A stretch of 64,000 bases of DNA from Azolla caroliniana (lineage: Eukaryota; Plantae; Polypodiophyta): contig JBHGNT010000017.1 in NCBI GenBank assembly GCA_043228905.1, positions 14,074,001 through 14,138,000 of the forward strand, written 5' to 3'. The notes under the pieces are model-generated. The model was not told the origin of the DNA. It worked only from the letters and a program-made list of their open reading frames with translations, and did no database searches. The number at the start of each line of letters is the position of its first letter. Position 1 is the first letter of the stretch. Shown here in pieces: positions 62,520-64,000 of this stretch. Made by a program: the position numbers and the translations under genes.

Positions 62520-64000
62520 TGTTGAAAATGCAGGGATCTTAGACTAACTCTCACACAGCAACGTCACGTAGAAGACTTAAGGAGAAATCAGTAGTAGATC
62601 AGGAAAAACGAGGTTATGATTACAAAGATGTAGAATGGTTTATATAGCCAATATCTACAGGTAACTGGAAACCCAACAGTCCGTCACTTAACTAGGTTCA
62701 CACTATTCTAACTATGTTCACACCAAAGCTTTCATAGGATACACATTAAGTGTAACAAATCCCCCTGAAGCGGAAGGTGTGAACTTGAATGTTGTCACTA
62801 TCTAGGCGTTGGAAGAATGCCCAATTCCTTTCGAAAACATTCAAACTTTCCTCTGGACATAGCCTTTGTAAAAATATCTGCAACATTTTCATGGGTTGCT
62901 ACATAGACTAAGATTATCTCTTTAGCATGGAACCTCTCCTCACATAATGATAGTGCACCTCAATGTGTTTTTTCGTGCATGGAAGATGGGATTTCCTGCA
63001 ATAGCCAAGGCACTTTGACTATCTCTAAATGTACAAGTAGGAGATGGTTGCTCAAGCGACAAATCAGAAAATAATCTCCTGAGCCAAACACACTCTACTG
63101 TAGTGTTGAATTCTGCTCTATATTTGGGTTCACAACTTGATGCTGCCACTGTTGGCTGCTTCTTGCTGAGCCAGGGAACACAGGAATTTATCAATATCAG
63201 TATACTTCTATTGATTAGAAAGAAAAATATATAGATATATATCTATTTTTTTCCATTTTCTTGTCCGAGTGACTCTTAGTTGTTGACTTACTCAGTAGTT
63301 ATTCGACCTACTTGATTAGGAATAAATTTCCTGATCTGTTTTTTAAAATTCCTCACAAAAAAATGATTCTATTGAAACTACCCGAACTTGCTGGAATTAA
63401 GAAAATAGACTTTTGATTCAACTTTGAGGTTTTACATGCTTTTTACTAATCAAATCTGGGTTAAAGGTATCCTACTACAAGACAAATCAAAATCAGAAAG
63501 CTTTCAATTCTTATGAGAGATTGGTGTTGATCATGAAACAATTGCCACTGTGTGAGACACAAGGGTAATGGAAAACCCTCATGGCTGCTTGCGAATGCTT
63601 TGTTCCAGGGCTGTGCATAAACCTTTTTAATCGCAAAACTGCATATTAAATGTCAGGAGTGGAGACACATCTAACAACGTACAACTTTCTGGTATAAGAG
63701 TACATCAGTTGGTTCTCCTTTTTCTTGATTTGAGAATTTGAAATCTGCTTCTACAGGAGAGGAGTTTGGTGTGAACTCTTCAAACCTAAATCCTTGTAGG
63801 AGCTTCTTGATGTAATTTCGTTGACACAAAAAAATAGCCCCCTGAACAGTAATGATTTGAATGCTGAAGTAGTAATGGAGATAATCAAGATTTGTAAGTT
63901 CAAATGTCTTACTATGATCAACGTTGAAATCTGCAATTTCTTGCTCATTAGGTCCTGTGATTAGAAGATCATCAACATAAAGCACAACACTTAGTAATGT
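62520..64000 (-). mobile_element. Ty1/copia 3' part (RT, RNase H, PPT, 3' LTR 62520-62757); continues past the window end
   Basis: LYVDDLLITG, WLSKKQPTVAASS, DSQSALAIAGNPIFHAR; PPT CAGGGGGA; LTR TGTTACAC...TTTTCAACA on the minus strand. Confidence 0.88.

Noticed and set aside
59509-64000. Final DTD exons (FGAMM...NDGPVT)
   Set aside because: No matching sequence found; probably beyond the window, so the gene is not called a pseudogene.

Overview
Repeat-rich land-plant nuclear DNA; the transposon lineages suggest a non-seed plant such as a fern (inference). Bases 1-26300 are a deeply nested Ty3/gypsy cluster. A young Tcn1-like chromovirus (E, 3831-9753, TSD ATGCC) sits in the gag of a non-chromovirus element (B, 1200-15249, 4-bp TSD GCAG, tRNA-Trp PBS). 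B sits in a related minus-strand element (A), A sits in the pol of a third relative (C), C sits in an LTR (D), and D abuts an old chromovirus remnant carrying a MULE-MITE. An AT-rich spacer follows. Next come a 6-exon remorin gene (minus, 38565-41287), a 45-bp tandem array, a LINE fragment, a full-length chromovirus with TG..TA LTRs (45450-52463), and the first five coding exons of a D-aminoacyl-tRNA deacylase gene whose introns hold Copia and LINE debris. Main leads: (1) antisense tRNA-like A-box/B-box modules in the LTRs of unrelated gypsy lineages; (2) -1 frameshift slippery site plus pseudoknot signals, one with covariation between two subfamilies; (3) a Tf1-type self-priming PBS; (4) a duplicated DTD exon with a TE-derived AG giving exactly the original exon length and phase. 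All alignments and folds were done by eye.
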